A stretch of DNA of 64,000 nt from Bdellovibrionales bacterium (GTDB taxonomy: Bacteria > Bdellovibrionota > Bdellovibrionia > Bdellovibrionales > CAYMLA01), in NCBI GenBank assembly GCA_965217115.1, contig OZ244239.1, positions 1,664,001-1,728,000 on the forward strand. The letters run 5' to 3'. The notes beneath the pieces were generated by a model. It was given only the letters and a program-made list of their open reading frames with translations. It was not told where the DNA came from and searched no databases. Positions 47,766-56,913 of this stretch are shown piece after piece (the first letter of the stretch is position 1; each line of letters begins with the position of its first letter). The position numbers and the translations under genes were made by a program.

Positions 47766-48596
47766 TTAATTTACTCCTACACTTCCAGGAGAACTCTTTA
47801 GTTTTGGTTGCCTCCAAAGAGTGTGGTCATTTAAGACTCTTCTTGTAGAACCCCTCATATTACAGAATGCCAAAGCTGAAGTACTAGAGAAGTAAATATC
47901 GTCAACGGGAGGAGCGTCGGAATGTCCTCCACCAATAAGCGGGGTGATGGTAGGAGCTCTTTTGAGGATTTTCCGCAATTGTTTGCTATGTTTGGCCATG
48001 TCGTTGTTACATCTGATAATGGCTTGGCTATTTTTAGCAAAAAAATCTTTTAAGTCTTTACACACTTGAAGATCAAAGACCTTCGCTTTATTTCGAACAG
48101 TGTTCTCGACTCCTTGATCCTTCATTGAACTCTTGAAATCATTATATTCTTCAGAGGCGACACAGTTTCCATTTTTGTTTTCAAAAGTGATTTTACGATT
48201 ACTGTGAGACTTTGTTCCTTCAGCAGTGAAACGATCTTTAATAAGGACCCTTTTCCAGCCAGTTGAGTTTTTATATAGCACGAATTCGGAATTGGCCGTA
48301 GAGTCTTTCCCCCATGTGCCCTTTAACTCAGGAAATGTAACTGTATCTTTGTAAGCTGAGAGATTGTAACTCTTCAGAAATCTATCTTTAACCATTTTTT
48401 GTAATGAATTCTTAGATAACTCACCTTTATTATTAAACGGTAAAATCGCTAATTGAGGGAATTCTTTGAGATAATCGACACAATGATTTCCTGTGGAGGG
48501 GTGATTTGCAAAAACAGCACCTGCAAAAGCATCACTTCCCCATGATAGAGAAGTATTTAAAACTATTACACCCACACTCAAAACCTTAGCCCACAT
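47766..48596 (-). CDS. Secreted hypothetical protein
   Basis: GGAGGA RBS, signal peptide MWAKVLSVGVIVLNTSLSWG, several Cys. Confidence 0.75.
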   Translation of the reverse strand: MWAKVLSVGVIVLNTSLSWGSDAFAGAVFANHPSTGNHCVDYLKEFPQLAILPFNNKGELSKNSLQKMVKDRFLKSYNLSAYKDTVTFPELKGTWGKDSTANSEFVLYKNSTGWKRVLIKDRFTAEGTKSHSNRKITFENKNGNCVASEEYNDFKSSMKDQGVENTVRNKAKVFDLQVCKDLKDFFAKNSQAIIRCNNDMAKHSKQLRKILKRAPTITPLIGGGHSDAPPVDDIYFSSTSALAFCNMRGSTRRVLNDHTLWRQPKLKSSPGSVGVN

Positions 48597-49023
48597 TTTT
48601 TCCTCCCAGGAAACTGTGCTTAATTTTATTATCATTCTAGTTGATACTAGTTTAACTAGAATCAACGAGCGTAAAAGAAGAAAGAGGGGGCTGGGGGGGG
48701 GATTTAGTCTTTTGTCTAGGAAAAAAAATAAGTTATAAAGTCAATGGAGCTGTTGATAAAGCCCCAGGGTCTGTTGTCGATTGTTCTTTTGTTCAAAAAA
48801 TCAGGGCAGAGCATTGCTCCAGGTTTTTAGATTATAGCCACAGGAAAATGAGCCACTCAAAATCACTTAATTTTCGAGATAAGAAAAAACTGACTCAAAT
48901 GTGAATCAACAACAAGGTCATAAAAAACACAACAAAATAAAAACCACATATTTCAAGTTTCCTCGGTTTTTTTTTTTTTTGGGGGGAATCGCCATGGTTT
49001 AAACAAAAGGTTTGATAGTTAGT

Positions 49024-49572
49024 TTAGGCTTTTCTTAATTTTTCTTTTGTTATATCAATCGCCTTTTGAGTTGATTGAATTTGATCCAATGGAGATTTTT
49101 CCCTTTCTCGGATAGATTTAGCTTCTATGAAAAAAATAAGAGCTTCTTGATATTTTTTTTGATCGAATAGATTTTTTCCTGCGTGCTGAAGAGCAAAGTC
49201 TAAATAGCATTTCACATCATCATTAGAACGGCAAACACTAATAATATCTTCAAGCATTTTATTACTTTGTGAAAAGTTTCGTTTCCACTGTAGGACATGA
49301 GCCAACCGAATTTTTTGTTGAATTTCCCACTTGAGGTTTAATTGATTTGCCCTAATTATGTTTAGTGCTTTGGTGAGTGTTTCTTCGGCTTTATCAAGCT
49401 CTTCGAGTCTTCTCTGGAATACTCCAATTCTTCCTAAAATACTAACATCTTGCTCAATATCACTAGTAGGGAGTAAACTTTTGAGTTCGCCTATATGGGC
49501 TCTTAATCCTTCTGGATCGCAAGAAATATCTCTTAAATTTCCATCTGTAAAAGTATTGAGTCTTTTATCCAT
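49024..49572 (-). CDS. TPR-containing protein
   Basis: IRLAHVLQW, DFALQHAGKNLFDQ helical-repeat pattern. Confidence 0.75.
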   Translation of the reverse strand: MDKRLNTFTDGNLRDISCDPEGLRAHIGELKSLLPTSDIEQDVSILGRIGVFQRRLEELDKAEETLTKALNIIRANQLNLKWEIQQKIRLAHVLQWKRNFSQSNKMLEDIISVCRSNDDVKCYLDFALQHAGKNLFDQKKYQEALIFFIEAKSIREREKSPLDQIQSTQKAIDITKEKLRKA

Positions 49573-49592
49573 AAAAATTCTCGATCATGTTT

Positions 49593-50288
49593 CTACAACG
49601 TTTCTATAATGTTCCATAGAATAGGGATGTCTTCGTCAGATACACCGTGCCCCGAATTTGGCAGCTCAATAAGTTCAAAATTCTCTAATGAATCCTGGTA
49701 GTCTTTTATATCTAGTTCTTCAATATGACTTCCATCCAAACTTCCTTTTAGAAGTTTAACGGGGGCCTTAATTTCATTAAGACGAGGATATAGGTTAACA
49801 AAATGAGATTCATTTTTAATTCCCTCTACGGCTTTTGAGGAGATTGGATATTTTTTATCAGCGATCGCTTTTTCGTACCAATTTTCATCCACAGGAATAT
49901 TGATAGCAGCGTGGTCTATTAAAACTAATCCTCTTATCTTGTTTAAATTCTCTAAAGCATAGCCCAAGCTCCAAGCAACCCCTGCAGAATTAGCAACGAG
50001 AATTAAATCAGTCATTTCAAAATGATTAGCAACAGTAGCAATGTCTGAAGTATGGTCATCAAAGGAGTATCCTTTCTCAGGAGAATCACTGCTTCCTCTC
50101 CCTCTTAAACTCATGGAGATAGTTTTTCTTTTATTAAAATGCTTTAGAGCTTTTTCCCATGTATAGGCATTATCTCCCATACCATGTACAAATAAAATGA
50201 AAGGGGCTGTTCCTTCTTGATTTTTTACTTGATTCTTTAAAACTTGAATTTTTACACCATCATTATTAACAAATAACTCTTCAATCAT
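49593..50288 (-). CDS. Alpha/beta hydrolase
   Basis: LFVHGMG, SLRGRGSSD, nucleophile elbow ANSAG, SGH catalytic His. Confidence 0.88.
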   Translation of the reverse strand: MIEELFVNNDGVKIQVLKNQVKNQEGTAPFILFVHGMGDNAYTWEKALKHFNKRKTISMSLRGRGSSDSPEKGYSFDDHTSDIATVANHFEMTDLILVANSAGVAWSLGYALENLNKIRGLVLIDHAAINIPVDENWYEKAIADKKYPISSKAVEGIKNESHFVNLYPRLNEIKAPVKLLKGSLDGSHIEELDIKDYQDSLENFELIELPNSGHGVSDEDIPILWNIIETL

Positions 50289-50509
50289 AATTTACCCCAA
50301 AGGCAATATACTCTAATTTTCAATAACAAGAAGACCTTTCGTTCAAGTAACTACATTACAAATATTATGTCAAAGAATAACTCAACATTCTCATCTGTTG
50401 ATTTCGTGTTTACCAAATCTCCAGTGGCAAAGAAGAGGACAGTCATTATTTTATTAGGTAGCGACAGTTTCCCATCTGTTATTCGTTACTAGCAACAAGA
50501 AATGGGCAA

Positions 50510-52339
50510 TCATTTAGATTGGCCATTAGTCCCATTACTAATATAATATTCAATTTGCTTTCTATAAGCTTCTTTTTGGACTGAATTAAACTGATCAGAC
50601 TCTCCCATTATACTGTCAAACGAAGCTCTAAATGTTTTGACCAGATCAACATGAGACCCCTGAAATAAACCCACTTCATTTTTGACCCCTGTGAAGGTAC
50701 GGCTAGGAAGGGTTAAAAAGTGTTTAGACGAAAGTGTACGATCAGAATAATCCAAAATGTACTTGCCTGCATCATCCTTAAATTTAAGGACTACATTTAT
50801 CTCATCACCTTCTTTGACAGGAAAATCAGCTATTCTTACAAAGTCAATTTCTCCGACCTTTTCTATAACAAATTTATAAGAAGAACCATTAACATTTACA
50901 TCTGTAATACTCTGAACTAAGTTATTATAGCTGTAACCACTCAGACCAATAGTTAAAAGAAGTTCACTTCTTGATTTTTGAATACTATAATCCCAAGAAA
51001 AACCCTTACTCTTTTCCAAATAAACACCTTGCTTCTTCGCGTAGTCAAAATAAACAATTGGAGAGTCTTTTTTTAATAAATGTGCCCATTTGGCTTTCTT
51101 TGGGTCATCAAATAACGTTAAATTTGGAGCCAAAGATTTATCATCCTCAAAGAATGTATTTCCTCCCCATGTCTTATGCTTATGAGAAGCATGGGAAACG
51201 ACTCCATGATCTTCACAACGACGACTTCCCAGATCATCACTTCTCAGATCATTACTTCCCAGATTATTACTTCTTAGACCATCACTAAAGGAGTTATACT
51301 CATCTGCTAACATTCCAATAGAGTGGGCCAACTCATGTTTAATCAAGTAATGTGCTTCTTTATGAACACTAAATGTAGCAATATCATGACCTATCCCTCC
51401 ATATGTTTCACTGTTTACTAGAACCAGAATCTGATCAAAAGGAGTTTCTGAAGCCATTTTTAAAGCTCGTTTTTGGTCTCTAACCACAAGAGCTCTTTCG
51501 AAACAATTAATTCCAAAGGCGGCACTATATACAGTCCGCTTGTTAATATTACGAATTAAATTTGAAACCCCAGAGTCAACCGAGGGGGTTGCAACGACCC
51601 ATATGTTTATATTTTCTTTCAAAGAAGAAAAAGGCTCCGTTTCCAACAACGGCAGTATATATTCTTTGGCATATTTTCCAAATTTTGACTCCATAAGAGC
51701 TTTTTGAGATGACAAGGCGATTTCCTCTTTAGAGAAACCTTCTGTTAGCACAACTAAGTCAAAAGCTTGCTCTGCTGGCTTATCTCCATAAATTTTAAAG
51801 ACCGCTTTTTCGCCGCTCCAACCATCAACAGTTTTATTTTCTTTAAAAGGTTTTTTTATATCTTCAATATTAATTGAAGATATAATTTTATCATCTTTCA
51901 GATCAATGATATCTAAAGAACGTGCTGTACTGAGATCTATTTTTGTAGAAATATCAAAAAAGAGTCCTCCTCGAGAGAAACTTACCCAATAATCAGGTCT
52001 TTCTTTTGATGTTTCGTAATAGTAGCTCTTTTTAAAAAAGTCCTTATGCAAAGAGAGTTTATTTTTATCTCTAATGACAACACCATAATATTCTCCATGC
52101 CTTTCTTTAGGCAAAGACCTCTGGTTGATGCTTTCAAATGAGGTGATAGTTTCAACTCCACTAAACTCCCAACCTTTTGGGCTAAAAGACAAGTGTAGAC
52201 GAAGATGCTGGGATTTAGTTTCAGATTTTTGTTGAATTTTACCATCATTTTTCAGTGAAACTCGATAATGCTCATTTTTATGACCGCAAGAGACTAAAAA
52301 GAATATAACCCAGACAAAAAAAACATAAATTAGTTTCAT
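50510..52339 (-). CDS. M64-family (IgA peptidase-like) metallopeptidase lipoprotein
   Basis: Lipobox LVSC; DLVVLTEGF, SVDSGVS, YGGIG, HELAHSIGMLADEY, terminal SIM Met-turn. Confidence 0.85.
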   Translation of the reverse strand: MKLIYVFFVWVIFFLVSCGHKNEHYRVSLKNDGKIQQKSETKSQHLRLHLSFSPKGWEFSGVETITSFESINQRSLPKERHGEYYGVVIRDKNKLSLHKDFFKKSYYYETSKERPDYWVSFSRGGLFFDISTKIDLSTARSLDIIDLKDDKIISSINIEDIKKPFKENKTVDGWSGEKAVFKIYGDKPAEQAFDLVVLTEGFSKEEIALSSQKALMESKFGKYAKEYILPLLETEPFSSLKENINIWVVATPSVDSGVSNLIRNINKRTVYSAAFGINCFERALVVRDQKRALKMASETPFDQILVLVNSETYGGIGHDIATFSVHKEAHYLIKHELAHSIGMLADEYNSFSDGLRSNNLGSNDLRSDDLGSRRCEDHGVVSHASHKHKTWGGNTFFEDDKSLAPNLTLFDDPKKAKWAHLLKKDSPIVYFDYAKKQGVYLEKSKGFSWDYSIQKSRSELLLTIGLSGYSYNNLVQSITDVNVNGSSYKFVIEKVGEIDFVRIADFPVKEGDEINVVLKFKDDAGKYILDYSDRTLSSKHFLTLPSRTFTGVKNEVGLFQGSHVDLVKTFRASFDSIMGESDQFNSVQKEAYRKQIEYYISNGTNGQSK

Positions 52340-52375
52340 AATTGAGATTCCTCCGCTTTCATTCTGATACCGTTA

Positions 52376-52486
52376 ATTTCTAAGGTTCTAGAGTACATAT
52401 TCTATGCCATGGAGAAAACAGCTCAGATAGCAATCTATCGGTCACTGAGCTTTTTTGAGGTGTCTAACCCCTAGCGTAGATTGTCA
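52376..52486 (-). promoter_or_regulatory. Second copy of the ~110-bp sigma54-like upstream module
   Basis: Minus strand TGGCATAGAATATGTA (52409-52394); aligns with 10069-10177. Confidence 0.6.
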
Positions 52487-52539
52487 GTTTGGAGCTTTAA
52501 AAAGAGGCTTTTAAAAGCGATGTTTTTTGAACTCAATCA

Positions 52540-52612
52540 AAAAAAAAGGCCACTTTACAGTGACCTCGTCGCAATCTCCTGGGCCTATCGGCTGAGGATG
52601 AATCATTCATCT
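52540..52612 (-). repeat. Conserved RNA/terminator element, copy 1 of 3
   Basis: CCAGGAGATTGCGACGAGGTCACTGTAAAGTGGCC-T9 on the minus strand. Confidence 0.8.
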
Positions 52613-52619
52613 GGGGTCT

Positions 52620-53027
52620 TTATTTCAAGTCAGAGCAAACTCTTTCAAATGGGTTCAAGCCTTTCCAAAGGCCAGTATTATCTCTATAAGTGAATTTTGA
52701 AAAACCAGATAAAGAATCATTTTCGATGATAGGGATCAGGTGGACTTGCACCCCCTGGTATTCATCATGTTCACCCAGTATACCGTAAAATACAGGAGTG
52801 TTAGCTGGAATGTTAAACTCCTGTAAATAGCCACTGCCCTTTTCTGACAGAGACAGTTCACCTGTGTTTTTACTATATGATGTTTTCACAATTAACGTCT
52901 GACCGTTCCCTTCAATTTTAATTGAACAGTCTTCTCCTCTCTCGTCCACCCCAGAGTAAACGACTGCAGCTCTCGCAAATGATGAAATTGAGGTCAAAAT
53001 AACAACAGCTAATAACATTTTTTTCAT
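52620..53027 (-). CDS. Secreted hypothetical protein
   Basis: Signal peptide MKKMLLAVVILTSISSFARA; AAGGAG RBS. Confidence 0.75.
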   Translation of the reverse strand: MKKMLLAVVILTSISSFARAAVVYSGVDERGEDCSIKIEGNGQTLIVKTSYSKNTGELSLSEKGSGYLQEFNIPANTPVFYGILGEHDEYQGVQVHLIPIIENDSLSGFSKFTYRDNTGLWKGLNPFERVCSDLK

Positions 53028-53189
53028 TCTATTCTCCTTGGTTTTAATTGTTTATTTTGATGCACACTAGCATGTAAGACGCAATGCAAACAGAGTCATT
53101 GAAAAGGTTTCATGATGACTAGCTAATAAAGTGAAGTCTACAGAGACTTTCACATGACCATTTCACTGAAATGCGAGTAATCTAATTAG

Positions 53190-54020
53190 ATGAAAAATTC
53201 AATCAATATTTATGACTTTATAGATTATAGAGAATTTTTAAGTTCCTACATTGAACAAATGCAGGAGGTAAAAAGCTCTTGGAGCTTAAATGCATTTGCA
53301 AACTTGCTTGGAGCCAAAAATGGTTCAACAATTTTCAAAATCTTAAATGAAGAAAGAAATTTAGGAAATGAGTTAACAAAAAAAATCTGTAATTACTTTA
53401 ATTTCCTTCCCGAACAAGAAGAGTATTTTAGAGATTTAATAAAATTAGATCAATTTAGTAAAAGTTCAACAATTTATAAACTTGTCAAGCGTGGACTTAA
53501 ATCGAAACTAGAAGACACCAAAGTTCGAAACGTCGAGATGAACAGAGATAGTTCTAACAGTTCTATTTGGTATTATATTCTACGAGTCTTGATCGAGAAT
53601 AAAATACTTGATCCTGAGACTTATAAGCTTAAAGAGGAGCTTTACGTATGTCCTCCCTCAAATATTCAACAAATTGTAGCTGATCTTAAAAGGGAAAAAC
53701 TATTAATCAAAAAAGATGGGAAGTTGATATTATCAGATGAACACCTTGAAACATTAACATCGACAATCCCAGGTAGCCTTTGTAGGACCCATATCAATAT
53801 GCTCGAATTTACAATTGAGACGTTTAAAAACATCGATTTCAATAAGGAGAATCTTTATTCATCAAACTATACTGTTTCCCTGACAGAAGAAGATTACAAA
53901 GAGTTAAGAAATGAATTAGCTGAAACGATCAGAGTGTTTGTAAATGAGTGTAGTGGGAAAATTAAAAGTCAAAAAAAGGTCTATCAATTACAGTTCCAAT
54001 TATACCCGCTTATAAGGTAA
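53190..54020 (+). CDS. TIGR02147 / DUF4423-type HTH protein
   Basis: IYDFIDYREFL...SLNAFANLLG...EEYFRDL N-terminus and KVYQLQFQLYPL C-terminus typical of this family. Confidence 0.8.
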   Translation: MKNSINIYDFIDYREFLSSYIEQMQEVKSSWSLNAFANLLGAKNGSTIFKILNEERNLGNELTKKICNYFNFLPEQEEYFRDLIKLDQFSKSSTIYKLVKRGLKSKLEDTKVRNVEMNRDSSNSSIWYYILRVLIENKILDPETYKLKEELYVCPPSNIQQIVADLKREKLLIKKDGKLILSDEHLETLTSTIPGSLCRTHINMLEFTIETFKNIDFNKENLYSSNYTVSLTEEDYKELRNELAETIRVFVNECSGKIKSQKKVYQLQFQLYPLIR

Positions 54021-54159
54021 ATGAGTTGTTTTCTTTATTCGTTTTGAACCCATGGGCGACTATAGACGATTTCAAAAATGACTAGCAGAAATTTAGCCCG
54101 CTATGTAATTTCTCCCGATTTTCAGAGGTTGATTTTAAAAACGATGTTTTTCGAGTTCA

Positions 54160-54202
54160 CAAAAAAAAGCCACTCAACAGTGACCTCGTCGCAATCTCCT
54201 GG
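54160..54202 (-). repeat. Conserved RNA/terminator element, copy 2 of 3
   Basis: CCAGGAGATTGCGACGAGGTCACTGTTGAGTGGC-T8 on the minus strand. Confidence 0.8.
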
Positions 54203-54245
54203 TTCAGATGAACAAGTTAGCTTTTAGAACTAGTGAAAAAAATAA

Positions 54246-54599
54246 CTAGAAAACTGGAAGTCTCTTTTTAAAACGATTACCAATATCAAATTTATCTCCA
54301 GCTTTTTGCCCTAATTCTTCATAAGTAAATTTAACGAATGTTCCATAGGGAGTATAGGCTATACAGTCATCTGGCTCGTCGTCTAGCCTTACTCTGCCAA
54401 GGACAATTTGTACTGGGGAGGTTTTTAATTGAAGAATGACAAAATAAGATTTATCCGTACAGCCATCACTCTCAACTTGAAAAGTTACTCCTGTAGAATC
54501 ATATACTAAGCCTAAAATTACCTCTGGCTCTGGCAGTTGGTACTCTGCAAATACTGAGAACGATGCCAGTAAACTAAATATAATAATAATCTGTTTCAT
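54246..54599 (-). CDS. Secreted hypothetical protein (paralog of 56103-56471)
   Basis: Signal peptide; shares EVILG..YDSTGVTFQVES.GCT.KS and KFTYEELGQ.AG.KFDIGN. Confidence 0.8.
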   Translation of the reverse strand: MKQIIIIFSLLASFSVFAEYQLPEPEVILGLVYDSTGVTFQVESDGCTDKSYFVILQLKTSPVQIVLGRVRLDDEPDDCIAYTPYGTFVKFTYEELGQKAGDKFDIGNRFKKRLPVF

Positions 54600-54779
54600 T
54601 GTTACTCCTAAAATTAATGGTTTTATTATAAGTCTTGTCCATAACTTAAGTGAAGATTTGCCATCACCCCTACAAAATAAGCAAGAAATAACTTATTTTA
54701 ACGCAATGACGGAGTAATTTTTACAAGTTTAAAAAAGTAATCTTCTAAATTTTCTTTTTTAAATCGTGGATTTCTAAAT

Positions 54780-54852
54780 AAAAAAAGCCACTCAACAGTG
54801 ACCTCGTCGCAATCTCCTGGCCTTATCGGCTAGGGATTGATTATTTATCTAG
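54780..54852 (-). repeat. Conserved RNA/terminator element, copy 3 of 3
   Basis: Core identical to copy 2, with the 5' extension (ATCC..AGCCGATA..GCC) shared with copy 1. Confidence 0.8.
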
Positions 54853-55113
54853 TGTTATGACAGATAAGAGCGTAGAGGCTTAACAAAACCTAAATAATCT
54901 CCGATAGGGCAGAGGAGCTTTGCAAAAGGTCCTCAGAATATTAAAAAGGGAAGGAGAGATGGGTAATCAACTAAGGAAACGAATAAAAACTAGCAAGCTA
55001 AGAGATAACAAACCCTGTAACATGTTAATTTTATTTAAATAAATGTAGAGAAAGGTGTTTGTGCAGTTATTTGAACTAGTTATGAATAGCATTTATATGT
55101 GGGAGTTTATATC

Positions 55114-55824
55114 ATGAGAGCTAGCAAAAAAATAGAAAAAGCTCGTTCTTTTCTTCTTGCACATTGTGTAGGGTCTGCTTTTATATTCCAGCATTTATTT
55201 ATACCTGATTTTGCATATTATTCTACATTCTCAGAGCAATTTTTCAGTTTGAAGGGTTTGTTACTTAAACTTAAAGTATTTTCTCTAGGCTTTCTTACAT
55301 CCATCGTTATTGTTAGTGTGTTGCCTGCGATCTTCATCTACATAAATAAAGCTTACCTTCTTCCTCGAAAAATCAGAAGAAAGAAAATACTTGAGAAAAA
55401 AAAGCAGGAACATTCAAGAAAACTTACAAATCAGGGTAGGGAAATTGCTCATAAAATAATTACAGATGAAAGAAAGAAAAAAGATCTTTTATCTATTAGG
55501 AACCAGCGATTTGATATTTTATACAATTTACTAGTGAAATATGAAAAAATTGATGAATATCTAGAAAAGTATCCTTGGTCTTGGGTTGCGACTGCTACGG
55601 ACGATATTTGTCTTATTAGAGAAGATAACACATGGGATAGTATTATTTATGAAGGATTATGTACTAATAAAGATTTGAAAGAGTTAGAAAAAAAATATTG
55701 CGATATTGTTGGTAAAATTTCAGATGAAATCAAGAGACAAGTAATTAGAGATGAAATCAATAAGTACATAAAACCAAAGGAATTATCTGATCTAAGGAAC
55801 AAATTAGAAAATAAGGTTGCATAA
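55114..55824 (+). CDS. Hypothetical membrane protein
   Basis: Two hydrophobic segments followed by a charged domain; GGGAG RBS; very AT-rich. Confidence 0.7.
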   Translation: MRASKKIEKARSFLLAHCVGSAFIFQHLFIPDFAYYSTFSEQFFSLKGLLLKLKVFSLGFLTSIVIVSVLPAIFIYINKAYLLPRKIRRKKILEKKKQEHSRKLTNQGREIAHKIITDERKKKDLLSIRNQRFDILYNLLVKYEKIDEYLEKYPWSWVATATDDICLIREDNTWDSIIYEGLCTNKDLKELEKKYCDIVGKISDEIKRQVIRDEINKYIKPKELSDLRNKLENKVA

Positions 55825-56102
55825 GTCAATAAACTTACTATATCAGAAACAATCTAATTAACGTAATGACTAAGTAATTGTTACAAAATTAAAATATTAA
55901 TTTTCTTAACTTGCCCTTAAAGGCAGGGGCTTATGAATAAGAAAAGGTTGCCAGCTTGGCAATTTTTTTTTCTGGCTCAAACGAACGGGGTAGTTTTTAG
56001 AACCTAGAGACAGAAAAAAAATAAATGGCCCGTTACTTGGGCCATTCGGTTTAATTGAAATTCCATTGTCTTTGTGTGTAAGGTTTAATTACAAACCTAA
56101 AT

Positions 56103-56471
56103 TCAGAAAATCGTGATTCGATCATTAATTTGATTACCAATGTCAAACTTGGTTCCAGCACTTTGACCAAGTTCTTCATAGGTAAATTTAATGTATTCCC
56201 CATAAGGAACAGATACTTCACAATTATCTGGACGGGTTCTTTCAATCATGACTTGTACTGGGTAGGTTTCTAATTGAAGAACGACAAAGTCAGATTTTTC
56301 TGTACATCCATTACTTTCAACTTGGAAAGTGACACCAGTGGAATCATAAATAAAACCCAATATCACCTCTGATCCTGGTGATTCCGACGATTCCGACGAT
56401 TCTGATGATTGACTTTCTACAAACACTAAACAAGATGCTAATAGGGAAACTATAAGGATATATTTTTTCAT
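56103..56471 (-). CDS. Secreted hypothetical protein (paralog of 54246-54599)
   Basis: AGGAGG RBS, signal peptide, SSE x3 linker, conserved core shared with the paralog. Confidence 0.8.
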   Translation of the reverse strand: MKKYILIVSLLASCLVFVESQSSESSESSESPGSEVILGFIYDSTGVTFQVESNGCTEKSDFVVLQLETYPVQVMIERTRPDNCEVSVPYGEYIKFTYEELGQSAGTKFDIGNQINDRITIF

Positions 56472-56913
56472 CTTTACCTCCTACGGTTCTTTCATTATGG
56501 ATTTCTTTGAGATTATAGACTTTCTTGGGGAGGGCAAGGTTTCTGTAAATAAATAGTTCTTTAGTCCTTTAGTCCTTTAGTCCTGACGTTTGTAAAAACA
56601 CCCTAACATAGGAGGTTTTTTAATAGAGCTATGGGGGATAAAGTTTAAAGTGGCGAGGGTGTTTTTTATTTACTCTTTGAGGTTTGTTAACTTCAGTTCC
56701 AGGTTTTACGACAATCAAGGCATCGTAGGTCCAAATTAAATTAAAATTTAGATGTGTAGAGATGCCTGTGAGGGCTTTAAGCCTTTAGTCTAGCTGAGTG
56801 TTATATTTTCAACCGATATTGTCCATATTATTTGCTTATTTCTAGTAATCCCCGAGACTGAAACTGTAAATGTAAAATTTTAAATGAGTGTTATGAGGCG
56901 TAGGAGTTTAAAG

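Noticed and set aside
48967..48986. T14-G6 homopolymer (and the G-run near 48690) as a phase-variation switch
   Set aside because: Not within a CDS or an identifiable promoter spacer; may reflect sequencing error.
50348..50375. dif-like site TAACTACATTA-CAAATA-TTATGTCAAAG
   Set aside because: The XerD-like arm is fair but the XerC arm is weak; no partner site was seen and the + strand G excess resumes after ~57 kb, so this is not a terminus. It may be chance in AT-rich DNA.
47766..56471. Integron cassette array
   Set aside because: No convincing attC sites (RYYYAAC...GTTRRRY with an extended palindrome) and no IntI; genes have their own long upstream regions.
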